A DNA stretch of 7,821 nt from Leidyana gryllorum EB-2025a (lineage: Eukaryota > Protista > Apicomplexa), in contig JBLWGC010000225.1 of NCBI GenBank assembly GCA_048772705.1, positions 1-7,821 on the forward strand, in the 5' to 3' direction. The notes under the pieces are model-generated. The model saw nothing but the letters and a program-made list of their open reading frames with translations. It searched no databases and had not been told where the DNA came from. The stretch's first letter is position 1. Each line of letters begins with the position of its first letter. Below are positions 1 through 5,855 of the stretch, piece after piece. A program made the position numbers and the translations under genes.

Positions 1-67
1 TGCCGGGACTTGAACCCGGATCGTGCGGGTGAGAGCCGCATATCCTAGTCACTTAGACTACAGTGGA
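1..67 (-). tRNA. trnE: tRNA-Glu(CTC), 3' end cut by window edge
   Basis: Reverse complement TCCACTGTAGTCTAAGTGACTAGGATATGCGG-CTCTCAC-CCGCACGATCCGGGTTCAAGTCCCGGCA; D-loop GG>GA variant relative to the copy at 3049. Confidence 0.8.
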
Positions 68-163
68 CAAGTGCTCGAGTTTAGGTTTCGGCCGGCCGAA
101 CCGTCTCGGAAGGATTCCACCATCAAATACGACTGGAATTTGTTACCAAGTCCGAGCTTTCTT

Positions 164-227
164 GCCGCCCCAACTCCGTCGGTAGAGCGCAAGACTTTTG
201 AAGGGAGAACTGGGGGTTCGGGCGGCG
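164..227 (+). pseudogene. tRNA-Lys(TTT) pseudogene
   Basis: Acceptor GCCGCCC/GGGCGGC-G, D-arm remnant CTCCGTCGGTAGAGCG, CAAGA-CTTTT anticodon 5' side; 3' anticodon strand and T arm decayed. Confidence 0.6.
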
Positions 228-297
228 CGAGCAGTCCTAGTAAAGCTTGCTGAACCTTATGTGAAGCCACTGGCCGCAAAATGCCAAGTTCGACAGC

Positions 298-379
298 GGC
301 AACTTGCCTGAGTGGTTAAGGGGGTAGACTAAAAATCTACTGGGCCGGGCCCGCGCTGGTTCAAATCTAGCAGTTGTCG
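298..379 (+). tRNA. tRNA-Ser body with mutated anticodon AAA (variant or pseudogene of Ser-AGA)
   Basis: 82-nt class II cloverleaf differing at 4 positions from Ser(AGA) at 1470-1551; anticodon arm GTAGA-CTAAAAA-TCTAC. Confidence 0.8.
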
Positions 380-454
380 TGCGATGTGGTTGGAGGGTTT
401 AACACCAACTCACGCATGAATTTCTGAATGGTGGAAACGCAACCATGTGTCCTC

Positions 455-525
455 TGCATCTGCCGGGAATCGAACCCGGGTCGTCTCGATGGCAACGAGA
501 CATTCTACCACTAGACCACAGATGC
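455..525 (-). tRNA. trnG: tRNA-Gly(GCC)
   Basis: GCATCTG/CAGATGC-A acceptor, TCTCG-TTGCCAT-CGAGA, CCGGG-TTCGATT-CCCGG; identical to 4537-4607. Confidence 0.95.
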
Positions 526-605
526 GTGACACCTTGTTGTTGAAGCTCGTACACGGTAACGGCCGTTTTCTGAACGAATGGAATGTCCGTGGCATGCTCA
601 GAGCG

Positions 606-670
606 TCCGAGATAGCATAGTGGTTACTATCTTCGCATGTCACGGCTAAGAAGCGGGCCCGATTGCCGGT
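606..670 (+). pseudogene. tRNA-Asp(GTC) pseudogene
   Basis: TCCGAGATAGCATAGTGGTTA 5' end and TGTCAC loop match Asp at 981; T arm and 3' acceptor strand decayed. Confidence 0.8.
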
Positions 671-698
671 AAATGAGTCTGGAACGGGGGATGGTTTT

Positions 699-770
699 GG
701 GCCTATGGCGCAACGGTAGCGCGTCTGACTCCAGATCAGAAGGTTGGGTGTTCGAATCACTCTGGGCTCA
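699..770 (+). tRNA. trnW: tRNA-Trp(CCA)
   Basis: GGGCCTA/TGGGCTC-A, TCTGA-CTCCAGA-TCAGA, GGGTG-TTCGAAT-CACTC; T5 run at about 784-788 as a possible terminator. Confidence 0.95.
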
Positions 771-806
771 ACCGGACTCTATGTTTTTCCCGTTTGGGGC
801 GCAACC

Positions 807-886
807 TGACAAAAGTGGGATTCGAACCCACGACCTTTCGGACTCCGGTCTGAGCACAGCGCCTCAGACCACGCGGTCATCTTGCC
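807..886 (-). pseudogene. tRNA-Leu(CAG), degenerate copy
   Basis: Homologous to Leu at 6115-6194; anticodon stem mismatched (CTGTG/CGGAG), D arm altered, T arm intact. Confidence 0.8.
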
Positions 887-980
887 GGGATGTTGTTGGC
901 TCGCCTCTCCACGCGTTTTCTATCCCTGGAATCTCAAAATGGAAGGACTTTTGGGGTTTCAGGCCGGTGTGTTCGGAGCG

Positions 981-1052
981 TCCGAGATAGTATAGTGGTT
1001 AGTATTCCCGCCTGTCACGCGGAAGACCCGGGTTCGATTCCCGGTCTCGGAG
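981..1052 (+). tRNA. trnD: tRNA-Asp(GTC)
   Basis: TCCGAGA/TCTCGGA-G, loop CTGTCAC, intact T arm; one C27:A43 mismatch versus the copy at 5062. Confidence 0.92.
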
Positions 1053-1104
1053 ATAGATCGTCTTCCTCTCTAGATTTCGTGATGCTCACCTGAACGATGC
1101 GTGT

Positions 1105-1174
1105 TACAGCCACCGAGGATGGAACTCGGGACCTTCTGCGTGTTAAACAGACTTCGTGACCACTAGATGGCTGC
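1105..1174 (-). pseudogene. tRNA-Val(AAC) pseudogene
   Basis: GCAGCCA/TGGCTGT-A, TCTGT-TTAACAC-GCAGA; 3-nt deletion after the acceptor 5' strand and T-loop TTCCATC. Confidence 0.8.
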
Positions 1175-1316
1175 ACGGAGCTTCCGGACTGCGAAAAGAG
1201 CGTGTGTCTCTGGAACCACGTATCCGATGAGCCTGGTTTTTATGTATCGGCCTAAGTTGGACGGCCTGGACTAGTTTTAAGACCCTTCGCTTTGTATTCA
1301 GGAATGGAGATGTCAT

Positions 1317-1387
1317 GCATCTCTGGTTTAGTGGTACACTGTGTCGTTGCCACCGAGACGACGCAGGTTCGATTCCCGGCAGATGCA
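1317..1387 (+). pseudogene. tRNA-Gly(GCC), degenerate copy
   Basis: Same length as Gly at 455 with several substitutions breaking the D, anticodon and T stems (GCAGG/CCCGG). Confidence 0.85.
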
Positions 1388-1469
1388 GAGAAGATGGCAG
1401 ATGGTTGATTGAGGCACCATTCTGGGGTTTCAGGAGTGAGTTGTTGTCTGTCCCTCCAATCAGATCGCA

Positions 1470-1551
1470 CGACAACTGCTGGATTTGAACCAGCGCGGGC
1501 CAGGCCCAGTAGATTTCTAGTCTACCCCCTTAACCACTCGGGCAAGTTGCC
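1470..1551 (-). tRNA. trnS: tRNA-Ser(AGA)
   Basis: GGCAACT/AGTTGTC-G, GTAGA-CTAGAAA-TCTAC, long variable arm GGGCCTGGCCC, GCTGG-TTCAAAT-CCAGC. Confidence 0.95.
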
Positions 1552-1622
1552 ACCTGTCGGACTTGGCATCTTGCGCCCTGTGGCTTCACATACGGTTCAG
1601 CAAGCTTGACTCGGACTGCTGG

Positions 1623-1686
1623 CGCTGCCCGAAGCTGCGGTCTCTCCATTGAAAATTTAGGGGTCTACCGACGGAGCTGGAGCGGC
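1623..1686 (-). pseudogene. tRNA-Lys remnant (inverted paralog of 164-227)
   Basis: Reverse complement GCCGCTCCAGCTCCGTCGGTAGA...GGGCAGCG, at the syntenic position upstream of Ser. Confidence 0.5.
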
Positions 1687-1786
1687 AAGGAAGCTCGGAC
1701 TTAGTAACTAGTTCCTTTCGTATTGGTCGCAGAATGTTGAGGCTTCATCGGGTCCAGGACAACTATTTATCAGAGATCTACTCACT

Positions 1787-1860
1787 TGGTCACGCCCGGG
1801 CTCGAACCGGGGACCTTGAGCTTATTAGGCTCACGCTCTAACCGACTGAGCTACGCGACC
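1787..1860 (-). tRNA. trnI: tRNA-Ile(AAT)
   Basis: GGTCGCG/CGTGACC-A, GCTC D stem, TGAGC-CTAATAA-GCTCA, T loop TTCGAGC. Confidence 0.95.
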
Positions 1861-1941
1861 ACTTCTGCGACGACAGATGGCACCGACCCGGATGCTGGAT
1901 CCCCCTGAGTTAGAATCAAACATCAGAGCCATTCAGACACT

Positions 1942-2002
1942 GGCAAGAAGCTGTAGACGGCGCAGTACGGGAAGGGCGTCGGCCCGAATCCCACTCTTCT
2001 CA
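1942..2002 (+). pseudogene. tRNA-Leu remnant with internal deletion
   Basis: GGCAAGA...CGAATCCCACTCTTCTCA followed by a flank (GGTTGCCCCCATACGGGAA) matching the 3' flank of Leu at 807. Confidence 0.65.
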
Positions 2003-2037
2003 GGTTGCCCCCATACGGGAAGATCATGAGGTCAAAT

Positions 2038-2101
2038 TGAGTGATTCGAACCCCCAATTTTCTAAGCTGCAGTCAGACCCGCTACGTTCCGCCATAGGCC
2101 C
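2038..2101 (-). pseudogene. tRNA-Trp pseudogene (anticodon CCA>GCA)
   Basis: Reverse complement GGGCCTATGGCGGAACGTAGCGGGTCTGA-CTGCAGC-TTAGA...GTTCGAATCACTC; 5' flank AATGAGTCTGGA shared with Trp at 699. Confidence 0.75.
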
Positions 2102-2170
2102 CGGTCCAGACTCATTGCATTGTGGTCAGGAATGTTGGACCAACAACTTCGAGCGTTTTAGCCCATCTCC

Positions 2171-2242
2171 AGGGCACGCGCGGAGTTGAACCACGAGCCT
2201 GCTGATCTGCAGTCAGCTGCTCTACCACTGAGCTACGTACCC
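2171..2242 (-). tRNA. trnC: tRNA-Cys(GCA)
   Basis: GGGTACG/CGTGCCC-T, GCTGA-CTGCAGA-TCAGC, U73 discriminator. Confidence 0.92.
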
Positions 2243-2302
2243 AGAACTGCCCCTCACACTCGCTCAACTCGATTCTATCTTCTCATTTGAAGTAAAACAG
2301 TC

Positions 2303-2333
2303 GTGTACGTCGAGACCACTAGATCGTGGCTGC
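2303..2333 (-). pseudogene. tRNA-Val 5' half
   Basis: Reverse complement GCAGCCACGATCTAGTGGTCTCGACGT-ACAC; matches the 5' part of Val at 1105 and 5855; no T arm. Confidence 0.65.
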
Positions 2334-2384
2334 ACGAATGGCAAGAGATGGCGAAGTTTCAGGGAGTAGTGAGGACCAGTTCCA

Positions 2385-2456
2385 AGGTCGCGCCGGGAAT
2401 CGAACCCAGGTCGGGAGATTCAGAGTCTCCAGTGCTAACCACTACACCACGCAACC
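2385..2456 (-). tRNA. trnQ: tRNA-Gln(CTG)
   Basis: GGTTGCG/CGCGACC-T, GGAGA-CTCTGAA-TCTCC, T loop TTCGATT. Confidence 0.95.
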
Positions 2457-2560
2457 GGTTCAGCCCATCCAAAAGAGTCGGTAGAATCATCCGGGCTAGC
2501 GTTCCCAACTGGACACATGCAACACGCGTCTCTCTACTGACCTTTGAAATATTGTAACTG

Positions 2561-2618
2561 ACTCTGGTATCTTCGTCGGCAGAGTGTGTGATTGTAAAAT
2601 GCAAACTCGGAAATCCGG
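2561..2618 (+). pseudogene. tRNA-Asn remnant
   Basis: GTATCTTCGTCGGCAGAGTGTGTGATTGTAAAATGCAAA aligns to Asn at 6428 (GTAGCTCAGTTGGCAGAGCGTGTGGCTGTTAACCACAAA). Confidence 0.55.
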
Positions 2619-2734
2619 GCTCTGAGGCAACCTTCACACATACTGCGGTGCCGGAGTCTAGCCAAGGGGTAAAGGGCACACTTGAAAGCTTTCAACTCTG
2701 TAGTAAAAAAGCGGCACTTGCAGACTACGAAGTT

Positions 2735-2807
2735 TGGACGACCTGGGCATCGATCCCAGTACCTCTCGCATGCTAAGCGGGCGCTCTACCATTTGAGCTA
2801 GTCGCCC
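2735..2807 (-). tRNA. trnA: tRNA-Ala(AGC)
   Basis: GGGCGAC/GTCGTCC-A with G3:U70, loop TTAGCAT, eukaryotic GATCG T loop; one anticodon-stem mismatch; T6 run about 25 nt downstream. Confidence 0.92.
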
Positions 2808-2896
2808 TTTGTGCAGACCCCGTCGCATTTTGTTGATTCTCAACATCGTATGACCACTCTCGCAACTGTGCTCACCGCGTTGCACGACCGACAGGC

Positions 2897-2968
2897 GGCT
2901 GTTTGGTCTAGTGGTATGATTCTTCCTTCGGGTGGAAGAAGTCCTGGGTTCGATTCCCAGAACAGCCC
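2897..2968 (+). tRNA. trnP: tRNA-Pro(CGG)
   Basis: GGCTGTT/AACAGCC-C, CTTCC-TTCGGGT-GGAAG, CTGGG-TTCGATT-CCCAG. Confidence 0.95.
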
Positions 2969-3048
2969 GTTGGTTGTCGGTTGACCCGACGCTCTATCTC
3001 AGATCAAGAGGGTACGGCTCTCGGCTAAAGCTGCAGCTGAGGAAGTTG

Positions 3049-3121
3049 TCCACTGTAGTCTAAGTGGCTAGGATATGCGGCTCTCACCCGCACGATCTGG
3101 GTTCAAGTCCCGGCAGTGGAA
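3049..3121 (+). tRNA. trnE: tRNA-Glu(CTC)
   Basis: TCCACTG/CAGTGGA-A, TGCGG-CTCTCAC-CCGCA, T loop TTCAAGT. Confidence 0.95.
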
Positions 3122-3197
3122 GTCATTGAACCATTCGAGCAAAGTGCCTCAGAAATCCCCGTCAATAGTGACTGATTCGTGATCTTTGGCTTGCATT

Positions 3198-3269
3198 GCC
3201 TTCTTAGCTTAGGGGCAGAGCATTCGCTTAGTAAGCGAAAGGTCGCCGGTTCGATTCCGGCAGGAGGCT
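3198..3269 (+). tRNA. trnT: tRNA-Thr(AGT)
   Basis: GCCTTCT/AGGAGGC-T, TTCGC-TTAGTAA-GCGAA, GCCGG-TTCGATT-CCGGC. Confidence 0.95.
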
Positions 3270-3304
3270 TCAGTCATTAGCCTAAACATGGTTGCGATCA
3301 TCCG

Positions 3305-3349
3305 CCCGCATTTTCGGATGGCGGCTTGCACACAGCACTCCATCTTGCC
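3305..3349 (-). pseudogene. tRNA-Leu remnant
   Basis: TTTCGGATGGCGGCTTGCACACAGC...CCATCTTGCCGAAGTGTT aligns to the reverse complement of Leu at 6115 plus its 5' flank; D arm partly deleted. Confidence 0.6.
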
Positions 3350-3437
3350 GAAGTGTTACCCGTTTCCTGTCCGTGTTAGACAGCCTATCGATGGATCAAA
3401 GGGCACAAAACCCGATAGCCTGACATGTGAAGTGGCT

Positions 3438-3503
3438 CTACTCCCAGAGCTGGAACTTCCGTAGTATGTGGGAGCCGCGTGTCAGCCCAACAGACTACAA
3501 AGG
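3438..3503 (-). pseudogene. tRNA-Glu remnant, highly decayed
   Basis: GTGGGAGCCGCGTGTCAGCCCAACAGACTACAAAGG resembles GTGAGAGCCGCATATCCTAGCCACTTAGACTACAGTGG. Confidence 0.5.
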
Positions 3504-3597
3504 TTGGAGTGACGGGACAGAAAGCGAGCTGGCAACATGACCAAATGCACTACTTTTGAAACCTCACCACTCCTCTTGGGCTGCGGGGACCATCCGT

Positions 3598-3628
3598 GCA
3601 GCTATGATCTAGTGGTCACGACGTACAC
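3598..3628 (+). pseudogene. tRNA-Val 5' half
   Basis: GCAGCTATGATCTAGTGGTCACGACGT-ACAC; same truncation as 2303-2333. Confidence 0.65.
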
Positions 3629-3689
3629 GGCCGTTTTGCTTCAAGTGAGGAGGCAGGATCGAGTTGAGTTGAGTATGAGGGGCAGTTCT

Positions 3690-3761
3690 GGGTACGTAGC
3701 TCAGTGGTAGAGCAGCTGACTGCAGATCAGCAAGTCCGTGGTTCAACTCCGCGCGTGCCCT
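3690..3761 (+). tRNA. trnC: tRNA-Cys(GCA)
   Basis: GGGTACG/CGTGCCC-T, GCTGA-CTGCAGA-TCAGC; differs from 2171 only in the variable loop. Confidence 0.93.
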
Positions 3762-3827
3762 GAAGATGGAATGAAACGTTCGAAGATGTTGGCTCAGCCA
3801 TACCGTCATGTGATCGAGACAGGGCCT

Positions 3828-3857
3828 GCCTGGTTAGCTGAGGGGCAGAACGCTCGC
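3828..3857 (+). pseudogene. tRNA-Thr 5' fragment (shorter copy at about 4306-4324)
   Basis: GCCTGGTTAGCTGAGGGGCAGAACGCTCGC versus Thr GCCTTCTTAGCTTAGGGGCAGAGCGTTCGC. Confidence 0.55.
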
Positions 3858-3898
3858 ACGGGCGCGAGGGATTTTGACACTAGATGTCACAGCCTCTC

Positions 3899-3971
3899 TG
3901 CCTCGGCTGTGGATCGAACACGGGACTTCCAGATCTTCAGTCTGGCGCTCTCCCAACTGAGCTACCGAGGC
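3899..3971 (-). tRNA. trnF: tRNA-Phe(GAA), one T-stem mismatch
   Basis: GCCTCGG/CCGAGGC-A, D loop AGTTGGGA, CCAGA-CTGAAGA-TCTGG; CCGTG/CACAG. Confidence 0.9.
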
Positions 3972-4136
3972 GCTAGAAACCCTTGAAACGCGGTGAAGAT
4001 AGGCACTCACCGCAGCCCTCTGTGGAGCCACTGCCCGCGGGATGTCCAATACAACACCAAGACCACAAGTGCGGTTCAGAGAGTAGGGTTCGGCAGAACC
4101 CGGCCCTAAGAGGTTTCGAACTTATCGATGCATTAA

Positions 4137-4208
4137 AGCCTTCTGTCGGAATCGAGCCGCCGACGTCTCGTTTACGAAGCAAACGCTCTGCCCCTAAGCT
4201 TACAAGGG
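4137..4208 (-). pseudogene. tRNA-Thr(CGT) pseudogene
   Basis: Reverse complement CCCTTGTAAGCTTAGGGGCAGAGCGTTTGC-TTCGTAA-ACGAG...GGCTCGATTCCGACAGAAGGCT; multiple stem breaks. Confidence 0.85.
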
Positions 4209-4283
4209 AATCCAAGAAGGAAATCACGCATCTAAGCCCGTTGAGGGAGGTTGTTGAAGTACTCCAAGGACTTCCACTGCCCC

Positions 4284-4489
4284 TCATGTGATCGAGACAG
4301 GGCCTGCCTGGTTAGCTGAGGGGCGAGGAATGCTGACACCAGATGTCACGACCTCTCTGCCTCGGCCGTGGATCGAACACGGGACTTCCAGATCTTCAGT
4401 CTGGCGCTCTCCCAACTGAGCTACCGAGGCGCTAGAAAGTCATGGAAGGCGGTGAAAATAAGCACTTAGCGCGACCGTATGTGGGGCCA
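4284..4489 (+). repeat. Direct paralog of 3806-4030 (psiThr fragment, Phe)
   Basis: TCATGTGATCGAGACAGGGCCTGCCTGGTTAGCTGAGGGGC identical in both copies. Confidence 0.92.
4358..4430 (-). tRNA. trnF: tRNA-Phe(GAA)
   Basis: Fully paired cloverleaf, CCAGA-CTGAAGA-TCTGG, CCGTG-TTCGATC-CACGG. Confidence 0.95.
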
Positions 4490-4536
4490 ACTCAGGCATG
4501 AATTGTTGGAATGGTGAAAAACAAGCACGTGTCCTC

Positions 4537-4607
4537 TGCATCTGCCGGGAATCGAACCCGGGTCGTCTCGATGGCAACGAGACATTCTACCACTAGACCA
4601 CAGATGC
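4537..4607 (-). tRNA. trnG: tRNA-Gly(GCC)
   Basis: Identical to 455-525; T5 run about 15 nt downstream on the minus strand. Confidence 0.95.
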
Positions 4608-4687
4608 GTGACACCTTGTTGTTGAAGCTCGTACACGGTAACGGCCGTTTTCTGAACGAATGGAATGTCCGTGGCGTGTTCAGAGCG

Positions 4688-4751
4688 TCCGAGATAGCAT
4701 AGTGGTTACTATTTTCGCATGTCACGCCTAAGAAGCGGGCCCGATGCCGGT
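4688..4751 (+). pseudogene. tRNA-Asp(GTC) pseudogene
   Basis: Direct paralog of 606-670 with the same lesions. Confidence 0.8.
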
Positions 4752-4779
4752 AAATGAGTCTGGAACGGGGGATGGTTTT

Positions 4780-4851
4780 GAGCCTACGGCGCAACGGTAG
4801 CGCGTCTGACTCCAGATCAGAAGGTTGGGTGTTCAAATCACTCTGGGCTCA
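4780..4851 (+). tRNA. trnW: tRNA-Trp(CCA), T8>C variant
   Basis: GAGCCTA/TGGGCTC-A, TCTGA-CTCCAGA-TCAGA, T loop TTCAAAT; invariant U8 replaced by C. Confidence 0.85.
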
Positions 4852-4887
4852 ACCGGACTCTATGTTTTTCCCGTTTGGGGCGCAACC

Positions 4888-4967
4888 TGACAAAAGTGGG
4901 ATTCGAAGCCACGATCTTTCGGACTCCGGTCTGAGCACAGCGCCTCAGACCACTCGGTCACCTTGCC
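4888..4967 (-). pseudogene. tRNA-Leu(CAG), degenerate copy
   Basis: Direct paralog of 807-886; additional G53>C change in the T stem/B box. Confidence 0.8.
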
Positions 4968-5061
4968 GGGATGTTGTTGACTCGCCGCTCCACACGTTTT
5001 CTGTGCTTGAAATCTCATAATGGAAGAACTTTTGGGGTTGGAGGCCGGCGTGTTCAGAGCG

Positions 5062-5133
5062 TCCGAGATAGTATAGTGGTTAGTATTTCCGCCTGTCACG
5101 CGGAAGACCCGGGTTCGATTCCCGGTCTCGGAG
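5062..5133 (+). tRNA. trnD: tRNA-Asp(GTC)
   Basis: Fully paired: TCCGC-CTGTCAC-GCGGA, CCGGG-TTCGATT-CCCGG. Confidence 0.95.
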
Positions 5134-5178
5134 CAGTTCCAGTCCCTCACAACTGCTGCAACTCAGATTTTGTCTCAG

Positions 5179-5225
5179 CTGGTCTGGACTTCATCCGGGA
5201 TTGTACGAGTGGGAGCCGCGTATAG
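5179..5225 (-). pseudogene. tRNA-Glu remnant
   Basis: GGACTTCATCCGGGATTGTACGAGTGGGAGCCGCGTAT versus GGACTTGAACCCGGATCGTGCGGGTGAGAGCCGCATAT; syntenic with Pro as at 2897-3121. Confidence 0.6.
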
Positions 5226-5271
5226 AAGCCGACCTTGGAGAGACGTGGCATTGAGTCAACAACTATCAGAC

Positions 5272-5343
5272 GGGCTGTTCTGGGAATCGAACCCAGGACT
5301 TCTTCCACCCGAAGGAAGAATCATACCACTAGACCAAACAGCC
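5272..5343 (-). tRNA. trnP: tRNA-Pro(CGG)
   Basis: Exact reverse complement of 2897-2968. Confidence 0.95.
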
Positions 5344-5429
5344 GGCTGTCGGTCATGCAACCCGCTGAGGACAATTTAGATAGTGGTCATACTTGTTGAG
5401 AACCAACAAATGCGATGGGTGTGCACAAG

Positions 5430-5502
5430 GGGCGACTAGCTCAAATGGTAGAGCGCTCGCTTAGCATGCGAGGCGTACTGGGATTGATGTGCAGGTCGTC
5501 TA
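5430..5502 (+). pseudogene. tRNA-Ala(AGC), degenerate T arm
   Basis: 5' half intact; T arm CTGGG-ATTGATG-TGCAG is broken (C56>T, stem mismatches). Confidence 0.85.
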
Positions 5503-5619
5503 AACTCCGTAGTGCTGCAACTGCGGTATTTGACTACAGAGTTGAAAGCTTTCCAGGGTGCCCCGTAGCCCTTCTATAGACGTTGGCACCGCCGTATGTG
5601 TGGAGGTTGCCTCAGAGCC

Positions 5620-5675
5620 CGGATCTCCGAATTTGTATTTGACAACCACACGCTCTGCCAACTAAGATACAAACG
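5620..5675 (-). pseudogene. tRNA-Asn remnant
   Basis: CCACACGCTCTGCCAACTAAGATACAA nearly matches Asn at about 6470-6496; T arm lost. Confidence 0.65.
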
Positions 5676-5783
5676 CCACTGCCAATACTTCAGAGAGTGG
5701 TGGAGAGACTCGTGTTGCATGTGTCCAGTTGAGGGAGGGCTAGTCTGGATGGCTTTACCAACTCTTTTGGGAAGGACTGAATG

Positions 5784-5855
5784 GGTTGCGTGGTGTAGTG
5801 GTTAGCACTGGAGACTTTGAATCTCCCGACCTGGGTTCGATTCCCGGCGCGACCT
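5784..5855 (+). tRNA. trnQ: tRNA-Gln(TTG)
   Basis: Identical to Gln at 2385-2456 except position 34 (loop CTTTGAA). Confidence 0.93.

Larger units (their letters stand above)
405..1052 (+). repeat. Direct segmental duplication copy A (Gly, psiAsp, Trp, psiLeu, Asp); copy B at 4487-5133
   Basis: Colinear near-identical sequence including spacers, offset about 4082. Confidence 0.95.
1317..1724 (-). repeat. Inverted paralog of 126-525 (psiLys, Ser, Gly)
   Basis: Spacers align, e.g. AAGCTTGCTGAACC(T/G)TATGTGAAGCCAC. Confidence 0.9.
3561..3794 (-). repeat. Inverted paralog of about 2137-2374 (Val 5' half, Cys)
   Basis: Spacer ATCGAGTTGAG...TGAGGGGCAGTTCT and both flanks align. Confidence 0.9.
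4487..5133 (+). repeat. Direct segmental duplication copy B of 405-1052
   Basis: Colinear near-identical sequence including spacers. Confidence 0.95.
5179..5855 (-). repeat. Inverted paralog of about 2385-3115 (Gln, psiAsn, Ala, Pro, Glu)
   Basis: Same gene order inverted; spacers alignable but diverged. Confidence 0.9.

Noticed and set aside
2682-2695. Perfect 14-bp palindrome TTGAAAGCTTTCAA
   Set aside because: Imperfect in the paralog at about 5542-5555 and without supporting context; plausible by chance
2303-3628. Split (trans-spliced) tRNA-Val halves as in archaea
   Set aside because: No complementary leader/trailer or bulge-helix-bulge motif seen; the pieces overlap rather than complement each other and carry lesions
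3661-3674. GAGTT short tandem repeat reminiscent of Entamoeba array STRs
   Set aside because: Fewer than three full units and degraded in the paralog at about 2257-2270
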